Below, piece after piece: positions 9,011 through 19,011 of a stretch of 64,000 nt of DNA. Both the position numbers and the translations under genes were made by a program. The DNA is from Microcoleus sp. (GTDB taxonomy: Bacteria; Cyanobacteriota; Cyanobacteriia; Cyanobacteriales; Microcoleaceae), in NCBI GenBank assembly GCA_052279835.1, contig CP181291.1:2752001-2816000 (forward strand), written 5' to 3'. The notes under the pieces were generated by a model. That model did no database searches, was not told the origin of the DNA, and worked only from the letters and a program-made list of their open reading frames with translations. Numbering within the stretch: position 1 is the stretch's first letter; every line of letters begins with the position of its first letter.

Positions 9011-9577
9011 AGGGGCAGGCACTCACACCGCCCCTACTGAGGATGAAACAGCCCTGGGGGATAGGCGGATAATGGGATAGGATTTGACCTGTTTTGAGAT
9101 TTAAAAAAGATTTTTATTTTCAATAAGTTGTATTTATTGAAAATAAAACTCAATCATTCATCTATTGAAAATCATATAATGAAAGGGTTTCAGCCTCTGG
9201 AAGCAACCTGTTGATGCACTCAATAGTGCTGCTTCAGAGAAAGTGCTGGGGAAAAAACTGAGAAGAACCCTCATAAATTTCGAGGGACGATCCCAATAAA
9301 TTAATAAGACACACAGCACGCTCTCGCAACCACTATGCTCAAGCTACTCCCAAAGTCGATCGCTCGCAAACATCTAGGCCCTGGTACAGGCGATCGACCT
9401 TTCAACAGAAAACAAGTACATCAATCCTAGGACTCATCCAATCAGTCACAGAAAAAACATTACGATAAATCTTTAAGTCGCTTAAACTAAACTGGAGAAA
9501 GACTCGAATATGCCAAAATTCCCTCCCCTGCGTCAGACTTAAAATCTTTCTTTATTGTGATTGGAGAATCGACCAAA

Positions 9578-11242
9578 ATGACCACTTACTCTCATCGAGA
9601 AACCATTCCCATATTACCAGAGCGTCGAACTAACACCGAGGTTTTCTGTACCTATCTCATGCTCGATACCCAAAACGGTCTCCCACTGATTAAGTGGCAG
9701 AATATTCCGGCTCTCAAACGCAATTTTGAGTTATACCAAAAACACAACCAGACATTTAGACAGTTGTTATCTCAGCCAAATACGCTCCAAAGTATATCAA
9801 TGTTTTGGCGGAGTATAATAATTGCTTCTCCGCCTATACTTGCAGAATGGGAACCCAAAAACAGCAAAAAATTAGCCTTAGAGCATTTAGCTAGTTTATT
9901 TGAAAAAAACTGCTATTATGCCAGCAAAAAAGTATGGTTAAATTCACAAGAACGCTCTTGGGAAGAATATCTATCTTCTGCTCGCATTTTTGTTTACAGT
10001 TCGGATAGTCTGGTCAAAGTGTTAAAGTCTTATGACGAAGCTCAGGCTAATCTAGATACATACATTCAACAAACCTTAATTAAGGAGATTAAAAACGAAC
10101 ACCAGATATGTAAATTTTCCCAGTGGCGACTGGTAGTTAAAAAAAGCGATAAAGAGTTGCGGCAAGCGCTGCAAAGAGCCGGATATCAGGAACCTTATAT
10201 TTCTCAATGTATCTTTGCGCGCAAATACTTTCAACAAGTTTATCGCTTTAACAAAGTTCAGAATCCCGCCCTCCGAAGATTGGGGGATAAATGGCTAGAG
10301 CCTGACAGCGAAGACTTTCAAGCTGCCACAGAATGTTATAATGCAGAAAAGTCTCTCTCTTGTGCTCCCCATGAAGTTTCCGCAGGCTCAAGTATTAGCA
10401 TAGAGCAAATGCAAGCTTGGATGGAAACCTGCATTGAGGTCTTACAAAAATACGAGAAAATTATTATTTCTAGCTCTGAAAATATTCAGAATATATTCCC
10501 AATAACTCAGCCACAAGATAGCGACCAATTATGGGATGCCTCAGAGCTAGAAATAATTAGTCTGGAAGCTGAAGAATCTGATTCAGAAGCAAATCCCCAA
10601 TTGCATCAAACTCAACTGGATTTCCATGAAGAACTCGATCGCCTAAAACCGGATCAACACAAAATTCTCTTGCTTTATTACGGTTTAGGCTTGAAGCAAA
10701 GGCAACTGGAAACTCAATTAGGAACGAGCCAGTCCGCTATTTCTCGTCGTCTCAATACTATTAAGAAGCAACTCTTAAGAACCTTGATTAACAAATCACA
10801 ACCCCAGGCATGGGTGACAAATTATGTAGTTGAATGGTTACATAAAGATTTCCGCGCCCCCCGGCACTCAGATTTAATTGAAGCAGCCTTAGTTCAAGCC
10901 ACAAAAAAACTGACAGTGGAAGCTAAACATATTTTGTTTCGGCGCTACGGTCAACAGCTCAATGAACAGCAAATTGCCAGTCAATTTGGTCTTAGTTTAT
11001 TAGATGTGAAGACCATAATTTCTGAATCTCAGGAAAAGTTACAAGCCTATTTAATCAAGGAACTACCTCATTGGGAAAAAGAATATGTCGAAGAGTGGCT
11101 CAAGAGTTTTTATTACTCTCTGATTTGCCTAGCTCATGAGCATCTAAATCTATCTTTAGAGATGACTAATGACTGGGAAACAATTGATAAGATTGTCGAA
11201 GAAAGCTTGAGAATTTTAATGTTTAATAAACAAGAGGAATAA
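9578..11242 (+). CDS. Divergent sigma-70-family RNA polymerase sigma factor-like protein
   Basis: Region-4 HTH LKPDQHKILLLYYGLGLKQRQLETQLGTSQSAISRRL; typical position upstream of DUF1822; GGAG RBS. Confidence 0.7.
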   Translation: MTTYSHRETIPILPERRTNTEVFCTYLMLDTQNGLPLIKWQNIPALKRNFELYQKHNQTFRQLLSQPNTLQSISMFWRSIIIASPPILAEWEPKNSKKLALEHLASLFEKNCYYASKKVWLNSQERSWEEYLSSARIFVYSSDSLVKVLKSYDEAQANLDTYIQQTLIKEIKNEHQICKFSQWRLVVKKSDKELRQALQRAGYQEPYISQCIFARKYFQQVYRFNKVQNPALRRLGDKWLEPDSEDFQAATECYNAEKSLSCAPHEVSAGSSISIEQMQAWMETCIEVLQKYEKIIISSSENIQNIFPITQPQDSDQLWDASELEIISLEAEESDSEANPQLHQTQLDFHEELDRLKPDQHKILLLYYGLGLKQRQLETQLGTSQSAISRRLNTIKKQLLRTLINKSQPQAWVTNYVVEWLHKDFRAPRHSDLIEAALVQATKKLTVEAKHILFRRYGQQLNEQQIASQFGLSLLDVKTIISESQEKLQAYLIKELPHWEKEYVEEWLKSFYYSLICLAHEHLNLSLEMTNDWETIDKIVEESLRILMFNKQEE

Positions 11243-11246
11243 ACCC

Positions 11247-12698
11247 ATGTTTGATTTAACCAAATTACAATCAGTTAATTCTAGTGAATCTTGCCTCGTG
11301 CGGTTGACAATTGACCCAGCAGATATAGAGACTGCATGGCACGAAGCTCAAGAGCATTCTAATCCAATTTCTCGTTACAATGCTTATCTAAATAGTGTTT
11401 GTTTAAAGCCTTTTATGAACTGGATTTCAGAAGTGTGGTCAGAGGAAGAGTTGCCTCCAATTTCTGTTTGGCAACGTCAGGATCTTGCTAGTATTTGGGA
11501 AGTTGTCAATGGCACTGCTATCGAAATTGGCGAAACTAGATTAGTGTTAATCCCTAGCGATGAGGGAGATTTGGAGGAATTTTGCGTGCCGCAGGAATGG
11601 GTTGATATTCCTAATTGGACTGCTGATTATTACCTGCCAGTGCAGATGAATTTGGATGGGGATGATGGGGAGTGCTGGATGGAAGTTTTGGGTTTTGCGA
11701 CGCACCGCCAACTGAAGAATGAAGGTAGGTATAATGCGACAGATCGCACTTATGTTTGGCCCATACAGGAATTAACCAAATCTTTCGTTGTCATGGACAT
11801 AACTTTAGGGTTGAATTTGCAAGCAGAAGTCTCACCCTTGCCAATTTTATCCAAGGTGGAATTGACTCAATTATTACATACTTTGGGTAATTCTGCGGTG
11901 TATTCTCCCCGGCTGCTAGTCCCTTTTGGGCAATGGGCATCTTTCTTGGCTAATGATGAATGCAGACAACAACTATATAATCTGCGTTTAGGAATTATTC
12001 AGGAACCAGTGGTGGTGGAAAGTCAATCACGTTTAGTTGAGTGGGCAAAGACTTATATTCAAGCTGGCTGGGAGACGATTGATGACTTAATTGAGAGGTT
12101 GGGAATGTTAGATTCTGGCTTAATGTATGCGATGGAAGGTGAAGGTTATCGTTATGGTGATTCTAGCAGCCATAAGGGAATTCCGACATTGCTTGAATTA
12201 TTGCGCGATCGCCGCCATAAAAGCAATCAATTGCGGGCTGCGGAATTATTAGGTTGCGTTGAGCCTGGAAATCAGGAGGCAATTTCCGCACTGACACACT
12301 TGCGGGAAACTACCGAAAATGATGCCTTGAAGCGCCAAGCAGCAGTCAGTTTGGGAAAACTTGACCCCAAAAATGCCGCTGCGGGGGTGAGAATTGGTAA
12401 GATGATTGAATTAAAAATGGAGCTCGATAGCGATCGCGTGGTGCTAGAAATCACTCTGTTACCTGAAGGAAGTGATAAAACCAATATTTTCTTGCGGGTA
12501 TTACCAGTGCGATCGAAAACTCTACCACCCAATCTCGAACTAATTATCCTAGATGAAGATGGCGAAGTTTTCTGGGAAGAAAAAGCACACCATTTTACCA
12601 ATAGTCTAATGTATGAATTCAGAGGTGCGATCGGCGATAATTTCCAGGTAAAACTGGCTTGTGGCGAAGTTAGCATCACAGAAGATTTTACCATTTAA
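11247..12698 (+). CDS. DUF1822 family protein with HEAT-like repeats
   Basis: SIWEVVNGTAI, VPQEWVDIPNWTADYYL, LPPNLELIILDEDG...ITEDFTI; HEAT-like AAELLG...AAVSLGKL. Confidence 0.85.
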   Translation: MFDLTKLQSVNSSESCLVRLTIDPADIETAWHEAQEHSNPISRYNAYLNSVCLKPFMNWISEVWSEEELPPISVWQRQDLASIWEVVNGTAIEIGETRLVLIPSDEGDLEEFCVPQEWVDIPNWTADYYLPVQMNLDGDDGECWMEVLGFATHRQLKNEGRYNATDRTYVWPIQELTKSFVVMDITLGLNLQAEVSPLPILSKVELTQLLHTLGNSAVYSPRLLVPFGQWASFLANDECRQQLYNLRLGIIQEPVVVESQSRLVEWAKTYIQAGWETIDDLIERLGMLDSGLMYAMEGEGYRYGDSSSHKGIPTLLELLRDRRHKSNQLRAAELLGCVEPGNQEAISALTHLRETTENDALKRQAAVSLGKLDPKNAAAGVRIGKMIELKMELDSDRVVLEITLLPEGSDKTNIFLRVLPVRSKTLPPNLELIILDEDGEVFWEEKAHHFTNSLMYEFRGAIGDNFQVKLACGEVSITEDFTI

Positions 12699-12726
12699 CT
12701 AAATTACGATCTGGAGGTAAAAAGCG

Positions 12727-15075
12727 ATGAGCAAGCTTGTAATTTTAGAAATACGCGATGCTGACAATGAGCAACGCTATCCTGTCACCCTCAGAATTTG
12801 CGATAGCATGAATTATCAGAATTTCCAAAGTACAGTTAGCGGGAAATTTCCACCAGCTAAAGATTTGATAGAAAACTATGATAATTTGAAGCGAAATCGC
12901 ATGGATGGCGGTTTTGGTTCTTATCGCAAATTAGAAAAGCTCAAGAAAGCGCAAGTTACCAATGTTTCAGTGAAAGAATTAGCCAACGCCGTAGAAATAA
13001 GTGTAAATAATTGGCTAAATTTTCCAGATTCTGATTTTCAGGAGGTCAGAGATTTACTTTTAAAAGTATTGAGTGCTCATAAAAATGATGTCAGGGTCAT
13101 TATCGAAACCGACAATATTAGTTTATGGAGTTTTCCTTGGCATTTATGGAATAAGTTTCAAGAGTTTGAAGTAGAACCTACTTTTGCTCTTTTAACTACT
13201 AATATTGATTCTAAATTAAACCAAGAAAATTATAAAAATAAAATTAGGATTTTAGTTATATTAGGAGATAGTTCAGACATAAATGTCGAGGCAGATTTAA
13301 AACTATTAAAAGAATCTATTGCCCAGAATGATGCAGAGATTACAACTTTAACAGCTACTAATAGTAGCAAGCTTAATGACGAGTTATGGAACCAGAATTG
13401 GGATATCTTATTTTTTGCAGGTCATAGTTCTAGTGAAGATGATTACAGTCAAGGTAAGCTGGCTCTGAGTGAAACTGAAAGTATAGCGATTAAAGATTTA
13501 AAGTATGGTTTACAAAATGCGATTAAGCACGGTTTGAAATTAGCAATTTTCAATTCTTGTGATGGCATGGGATTAGTCAAGGAACTAGCTTCCCTGGAAA
13601 TTCCTGCGATAATTGCCATGCGAGAGCGAGTGCCGGATGAAGTTGCTCAGAAATTTTTGGAGCATTTTCTAGACGCATTTGCTACTGAAAAGAAATCTTT
13701 GCGGGACTCTGTTATGCAGGCGCGGAAAAAGCTGCACGTTATGGATATTCAATATCCCTGTGCTAGTTGGCTACCGATGATTTATGAGCATCGGGCTGTG
13801 GAGCCTCCCACTTGGGATGAGTTGCTCAAGGGGAATGAGGAAGAGAGGCAACGTGTTTCGATTTGGCGCAATCTTCGGGCTCTGTTGGTGGCTAGTGTGT
13901 TAGTCACGGGTGCTGTGATGGGAGTGCGGTGGATGGGATTGTTAGAATCTTTAGAATTACCTGCTTACGATTATTTAATGCGGCAACGCCAACCTGAGCC
14001 GATCGATCCGCGCCTTTTAGTTGTTGAGATTACAGGTAGCGATCTGGATAAATATGGCAATCCAGTCAAGGATGCGACTGTAGCTAAACTTATCGAGAAA
14101 ATAGAACAGAATGAGCCACGGGCGATCGGCTTAACTTTGCATCGCTATCAACCTCAACAACCAGGTAGAGAAGCTTTAATCGCCCAATTTAAGAATTCCA
14201 ATCTTTTAGGTGTGTGTGCATTTGGCGATGGTAATCAACAAGGTTATCCACCTGCGCCTGAATTATCAGAAAAGCAAATCAAAGATCAAATAGGATTTAG
14301 CGATTTAGAAATAGACGATCGGCACGACAACAACGGTCGCATGGTACGTCGCCAACTACTATCCTATAATCCTCAGCGGTTTCCTTCTTCTTGCCCTTCG
14401 CCGTTTAGTCTGAGCTTAAAATTAGCATACCGATTTATATATGGAGAAAATATTCAACCGATAACTCAAGAAAATGACAAGTGGAAATTTGGTAAAATTA
14501 TTTTACAACCCCTTGGCTCTCAGACTGGCGGTTTTCAAAAATTAGGTGAAAGCGACCAAATCCTGTTGAATTACCGCGCCAACCCCATGCCAGCCCAAAA
14601 AGTAACTCTTACAGAAGTTATCGAAGGACGAGTTAGCCGTAATTTAATCAAAGATAAAATTGTTTTGATTGGTGTTAATGACCCTAGAGGAAAAGAAGAG
14701 GTAGATACTCCTTATGGGAGAATGGCGACAGTATGGGTTCATGCTCACATGGTTAGCCAAATTCTTAGTGCTGTTATTGATAAACCTAATCGTCCTTTAT
14801 TGTGGGTATTGCCACAATGGAGTTTTATTCAGTGGGGAGATACTGTTTTTATTTGGGTGTTTGCCTTTAGTGGAGGATTGTTAGCTTGGCGGTTTCGATC
14901 GCCTTTACAATTGACATTAGCTGCTGGCGTAGCAACTTGCATCATCTATTACCTTTGCCTCGCCATCCTGCACAGAGGAGGCTGGATGCCACTTGTCCCG
15001 TCAGTTTTAGCTTTGTTTACGACCGGAGGAACTTTGGTCCTCTATACTGTGTCTAGGGAGCAAAAACATCTATAA
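12727..15075 (+). CDS. CHAT (caspase-like) protease - TM - CHASE2 sensor - 3TM receptor
   Basis: His in FFAGHS, Cys in IFNSCDG; DPRLLVVEI, VWVHAHMVSQIL; C-terminal TM helices. Confidence 0.9.
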   Translation: MSKLVILEIRDADNEQRYPVTLRICDSMNYQNFQSTVSGKFPPAKDLIENYDNLKRNRMDGGFGSYRKLEKLKKAQVTNVSVKELANAVEISVNNWLNFPDSDFQEVRDLLLKVLSAHKNDVRVIIETDNISLWSFPWHLWNKFQEFEVEPTFALLTTNIDSKLNQENYKNKIRILVILGDSSDINVEADLKLLKESIAQNDAEITTLTATNSSKLNDELWNQNWDILFFAGHSSSEDDYSQGKLALSETESIAIKDLKYGLQNAIKHGLKLAIFNSCDGMGLVKELASLEIPAIIAMRERVPDEVAQKFLEHFLDAFATEKKSLRDSVMQARKKLHVMDIQYPCASWLPMIYEHRAVEPPTWDELLKGNEEERQRVSIWRNLRALLVASVLVTGAVMGVRWMGLLESLELPAYDYLMRQRQPEPIDPRLLVVEITGSDLDKYGNPVKDATVAKLIEKIEQNEPRAIGLTLHRYQPQQPGREALIAQFKNSNLLGVCAFGDGNQQGYPPAPELSEKQIKDQIGFSDLEIDDRHDNNGRMVRRQLLSYNPQRFPSSCPSPFSLSLKLAYRFIYGENIQPITQENDKWKFGKIILQPLGSQTGGFQKLGESDQILLNYRANPMPAQKVTLTEVIEGRVSRNLIKDKIVLIGVNDPRGKEEVDTPYGRMATVWVHAHMVSQILSAVIDKPNRPLLWVLPQWSFIQWGDTVFIWVFAFSGGLLAWRFRSPLQLTLAAGVATCIIYYLCLAILHRGGWMPLVPSVLALFTTGGTLVLYTVSREQKHL

Positions 15076-15099
15076 CTACCCCGGCATACATGAATCAAG

Positions 15100-15831
15100 A
15101 TGCACCCATTCCATTTTAAATTAGCTTTCGGGATCGGGACTATACTAATTGGCATTACGCCCTACTCTAGCTGGCTACAAACTTCTTTTAGCGTTCTGGT
15201 CAGTCAAAACCCAGAGAAACCTCCTGACAAAGACCCCCCTTCAGGACGAAGAACATCAGGCGGAGATCTTGACCCGACCAATCCGAACTGTAAAAAAACA
15301 AGTCAGCCACTTACTGCTATTGTTCCTTCTAATAGCCAGGGGAAAATCACTTCTGAACGTCTCACGTTGTGGTTTTATGTTCCCTATACTTCCGAAGATA
15401 TAACCTCCGCAGAGTTTTCGGTACTCAATCAAGATGAAACAGATTATGTCTACCAAACTCAATTTATGATGCCGAAAATACCGGGAATTGTGAGTATCAG
15501 CCTTCCCTTATCTGCGAAAAATTCCTTGGAAACAGGGAATTTTTATCGTTGGTACTTAAAGTTTAAATGCAAAGGTTCTACAAGTAACGCACCGGATATA
15601 GAAACGGACGGATGGGTGAAGCGGATAGCATCCACGCCTATCACAACTAATCAAATAAATACGGCAACGCCAGAGATTTGGTATGATGCTGTGAATAATT
15701 TAGCTAACCGCCTCCTCGCTTCTCCACAAGATACTAAGCTCAAGCAAGAATGGACAGATTTATTGAAATCTGTTGGTTTGTCAAATTTGGCTCAAGAACC
15801 ATTAACAGGTCCAGTTATCATTTCCAAATAA
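15100..15831 (+). CDS. DUF928 domain exported protein
   Basis: Signal-like N-terminus; GRRTSGG, LWFYVPY, IWYDA, WTDLLKSVGL. Confidence 0.85.
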   Translation: MHPFHFKLAFGIGTILIGITPYSSWLQTSFSVLVSQNPEKPPDKDPPSGRRTSGGDLDPTNPNCKKTSQPLTAIVPSNSQGKITSERLTLWFYVPYTSEDITSAEFSVLNQDETDYVYQTQFMMPKIPGIVSISLPLSAKNSLETGNFYRWYLKFKCKGSTSNAPDIETDGWVKRIASTPITTNQINTATPEIWYDAVNNLANRLLASPQDTKLKQEWTDLLKSVGLSNLAQEPLTGPVIISK

Positions 15832-15849
15832 TTCTTAAATGATTGTTGA

Positions 15850-18800
15850 TTATTGAGAAATTAAGGGAAGCCAATTGCCAATTAAAACATAGTTTGCCCA
15901 AGTACGAGCATCTTTATATCCGTCTTCCTCGATCAGGATTTTTTGAGCGGTATGGAGCGCCCTAGCCATTTTCATCCCTGGTTTGCGTAATTCATTGTAG
16001 AAGTGTACCATCAACTTAGTAGTCGCTTCATCATCTGCTTTCCATAAGGTTGACAGAGTGCTCCGAGCACCCGATCGCACCGCCAGTCCCGCCAAACCCA
16101 GAGTGGCTCTATCGTCTCCTTTTGCTGTTTGACAAGCACTGAGTACGAGCAACTCAATAGTATGGCGATCGCCTTCGCTACCAGTTTTGACCAAATTATC
16201 CAAATCTTTACTTCTCAGGAAGCTTCTATAGGCAACAAGAAATGTCTTTTCGGGTTGAGAACTAAACTGACCGTGGGTTTTTATATGAATAATTGAATAG
16301 TTTTCTAAAGCAATAAGTTGGCGAATTTTAGCAATAGTAAATTCTGCATTTAAAAGCCGTTTTTTTACTGGCATAACTTTATCTATACCATTAATCTCTT
16401 CTTTTAAATTTTTAATGGCTTCAAATTCTACATCTTCGATAGGTAGCTGTTTTTCATCGACACCACCTGCGAAAAGTTTGATATCTTTGAATCGAGTATC
16501 TTGCCTTTCTTTAGCATTTGTAAGCTGCAAGCCAGGAGCTAGAACAATATCATATTTTTTTTGAATGAGATGCTGCTTTCCATCATGGAGAATAGTCATT
16601 GGAATCTTCTGCAAAGGTCTGTCTAATACAAAAACTAATGTTTCAACATTCAAGTTTTTATCAATCGATAATTCAATGGGTTTAAAAACCCATTGATACA
16701 ACTGTTTGGCTGTTCTGATTACATCAGGATTTTTCCCCCTTTCTTCCAGATACTCTCCCAACTTTTTTAAAGTATTTCTGATAGTTTCTTCTGAGACAGC
16801 AGTCACATGATACTCTAATTCCGATTGACCTGGTAACTTCAAGATAATTGCCAAACGATTTGGTAAAATAATTGCATGGATAACTGCTGCTGTTGGATCG
16901 TATTTATCGGCGATCGCATCAATCTCTTCTGCCTTATTCACCACGACACAACCATCCCTAAAAAAGTTATCCAACTCAGCCACCTGAAGCGCCTCAATCA
17001 CATTCCTAGCTTGCTTCAAATTGTCTTGATTAGGCTTCTCCTCCTGCAACAACAAATCCACCAATTCCCGATAAACAGGTTCTATTTTATCGCGAAAATC
17101 GAACTGTCCATCCCGACTAATCGGCACAAAATCGTTGCGTAGCGACTGTAACGTATTAAATGCAGCCGTATAAGCCCCGATCGCCCCTTTAACATCCTTC
17201 GCCTCCCCAAGCCAACGAATCCGCCCCAATTGCCACTGCCACTGATAGGCAAGATCCGGCGCATTTAAACTAACATTCTGCGACAACAACAAAGCTTGTT
17301 CCGTACACTGTTGAGCCTCCAGCCACTGCTGATTTTTTTCATACACAGTACCCAAATTGCCCAAAGCATAGGCTGTTGCCCTAAAATCGCCCAAATCCCT
17401 AGCCAATGCGATCGCCTTTGCACCCAATCTGCCAGCTTCTCCCCAAGACACAGACTCAATATTTCCCAGCACACTTTCAGCCACCATTGCAGAATTTGGC
17501 AAACAATAATTGAATATCTTTTCTGCATTTAACTGAGACGAGTTAGAAACAGGATTAGGAGTTTTTAGTTGATTATTGAACTCAACTAAACTATTCATCA
17601 AATTGACTTCCGCATAAACTAGCTTGTGACTTGGTGCTAACTTACTCAATTGAGACCAAATTTGCCACCGCAATTGTTGGATTTCCTTTGCCTTTCCCGT
17701 GAATTCACTTTTACCCTTAACTAAAACACTTAATAAATTCAGTTGTGCCTGGACTTTGACAAAAGAATTATTCGCAGCCACCACCGCCGATTTTCCATAG
17801 GAATCTCTAGCCTTTTGGTAGTAGTCTTCAGACTGCTTCAATTCAGACAAGAATTTGTTTCTATTTCCCAGAGTTTGATAGGTATCACCTAAACTTAGTA
17901 AGACTAAAGCTTGTTCTTGAGGAGATTCTTGTTGAGTCACAACTCGCTCTAATTCTTCCAGCAACTGTTGAGACTCTTTCAAATAACCAAGCTGTCTCCA
18001 CACATCGCCAAGGAGACGCGCCCCGGTAATTTGGAGATTTTTTAAAGTCGGATTTGATGGCGTTTTGAAACTTTTTGGGATTGTTACTAATTTTTGATTA
18101 ATTAACTGCTGACAATCCTGACTGGGAATGACGAAGTTTTCGGGATTGTTTGATTCGACAACTGGGATGATGGCTTGGCAAGCTTGCTGATATAAACCTA
18201 ATTGTTGCAAGGTTTTAACTTGAGCAATTAGGCTACGTTTCCAGGCTAAATTATCCTTTAATTTAACATAAATATTCGTTGCTTGTTTCCCTGTTTCCAA
18301 AGCAAGATTGATTTTTCCTTGTTCCCATTCCCCATTGGATTGAATATCGAGAATTTGACCGATCGCCTTTAATTCCCCTGGCGACTGTACCCTCGACTCC
18401 TCCGGTAACAAACTGCGACTTTTGGCGATCGCACTATTAGCCTCTTTCCAATCCCCCAACTGTTGATAAGTTAAGGAAAGATTACCCAGGGCGATCGCCT
18501 GATTCAACCAATCTCCCCCCACCTCAAAACCCGCAACAGCTTGCCGCCAATACTTCGCAGCCTCTGCAAACTCTCCAGCAGCATAACTGGTTCTAGCTAA
18601 ATTCTCCCAGGTTTGGGGCGATCGCGACTCATTCCCCATCCCTAAATTGCCAGGAATTACTGCAAAATCATCCACCTGTTGCCAACTCACTGGAGAATTT
18701 GACACCCCACTTTTTGCCAAATTCGATATAGATTGAGCCTTGACATTGACAGCAAAAAATGCAACAAATCCAGCTAAAACTATCATAGTAAATAGCCTCA

Positions 18801-19011
18801 GACTGCGGCGAAATCTGGGGAGTATCGCGATTTTGCATAGGCGAAGCATTCCGGCTCTAAATTTATGGCTATCGCTAATAAATTGTCTGCCGGAATGCTT
18901 CGCCCCTACCAATATATTTGCAAAACACAGATGCACCCGAAATCTGTGAAGAACAGGCTTCAAAAAGAGAACCTGGATAGAACCGAAAAATGTAAACCTT
19001 TTTCTTGCCAT
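15850..19011 (-). CDS. Exported TPR-CHAT protease
   Basis: Signal peptide ...AFFAVNVKA; TPR repeats; IHIKTHGQF (His), LSACQTA (Cys), WANYVLIGNW. Confidence 0.9.
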   Translation of the reverse strand: MARKRFTFFGSIQVLFLKPVLHRFRVHLCFANILVGAKHSGRQFISDSHKFRAGMLRLCKIAILPRFRRSLRLFTMIVLAGFVAFFAVNVKAQSISNLAKSGVSNSPVSWQQVDDFAVIPGNLGMGNESRSPQTWENLARTSYAAGEFAEAAKYWRQAVAGFEVGGDWLNQAIALGNLSLTYQQLGDWKEANSAIAKSRSLLPEESRVQSPGELKAIGQILDIQSNGEWEQGKINLALETGKQATNIYVKLKDNLAWKRSLIAQVKTLQQLGLYQQACQAIIPVVESNNPENFVIPSQDCQQLINQKLVTIPKSFKTPSNPTLKNLQITGARLLGDVWRQLGYLKESQQLLEELERVVTQQESPQEQALVLLSLGDTYQTLGNRNKFLSELKQSEDYYQKARDSYGKSAVVAANNSFVKVQAQLNLLSVLVKGKSEFTGKAKEIQQLRWQIWSQLSKLAPSHKLVYAEVNLMNSLVEFNNQLKTPNPVSNSSQLNAEKIFNYCLPNSAMVAESVLGNIESVSWGEAGRLGAKAIALARDLGDFRATAYALGNLGTVYEKNQQWLEAQQCTEQALLLSQNVSLNAPDLAYQWQWQLGRIRWLGEAKDVKGAIGAYTAAFNTLQSLRNDFVPISRDGQFDFRDKIEPVYRELVDLLLQEEKPNQDNLKQARNVIEALQVAELDNFFRDGCVVVNKAEEIDAIADKYDPTAAVIHAIILPNRLAIILKLPGQSELEYHVTAVSEETIRNTLKKLGEYLEERGKNPDVIRTAKQLYQWVFKPIELSIDKNLNVETLVFVLDRPLQKIPMTILHDGKQHLIQKKYDIVLAPGLQLTNAKERQDTRFKDIKLFAGGVDEKQLPIEDVEFEAIKNLKEEINGIDKVMPVKKRLLNAEFTIAKIRQLIALENYSIIHIKTHGQFSSQPEKTFLVAYRSFLRSKDLDNLVKTGSEGDRHTIELLVLSACQTAKGDDRATLGLAGLAVRSGARSTLSTLWKADDEATTKLMVHFYNELRKPGMKMARALHTAQKILIEEDGYKDARTWANYVLIGNWLPLISQ
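18818..18938 (-). mobile_element. 121-bp MITE inserted in-frame in the TPR-CHAT 5' end
   Basis: TIR GGGAGTATC/GATGCACCC; 8-bp target duplication GAAATCTG at 18810-18817 and 18939-18946. Confidence 0.85.
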
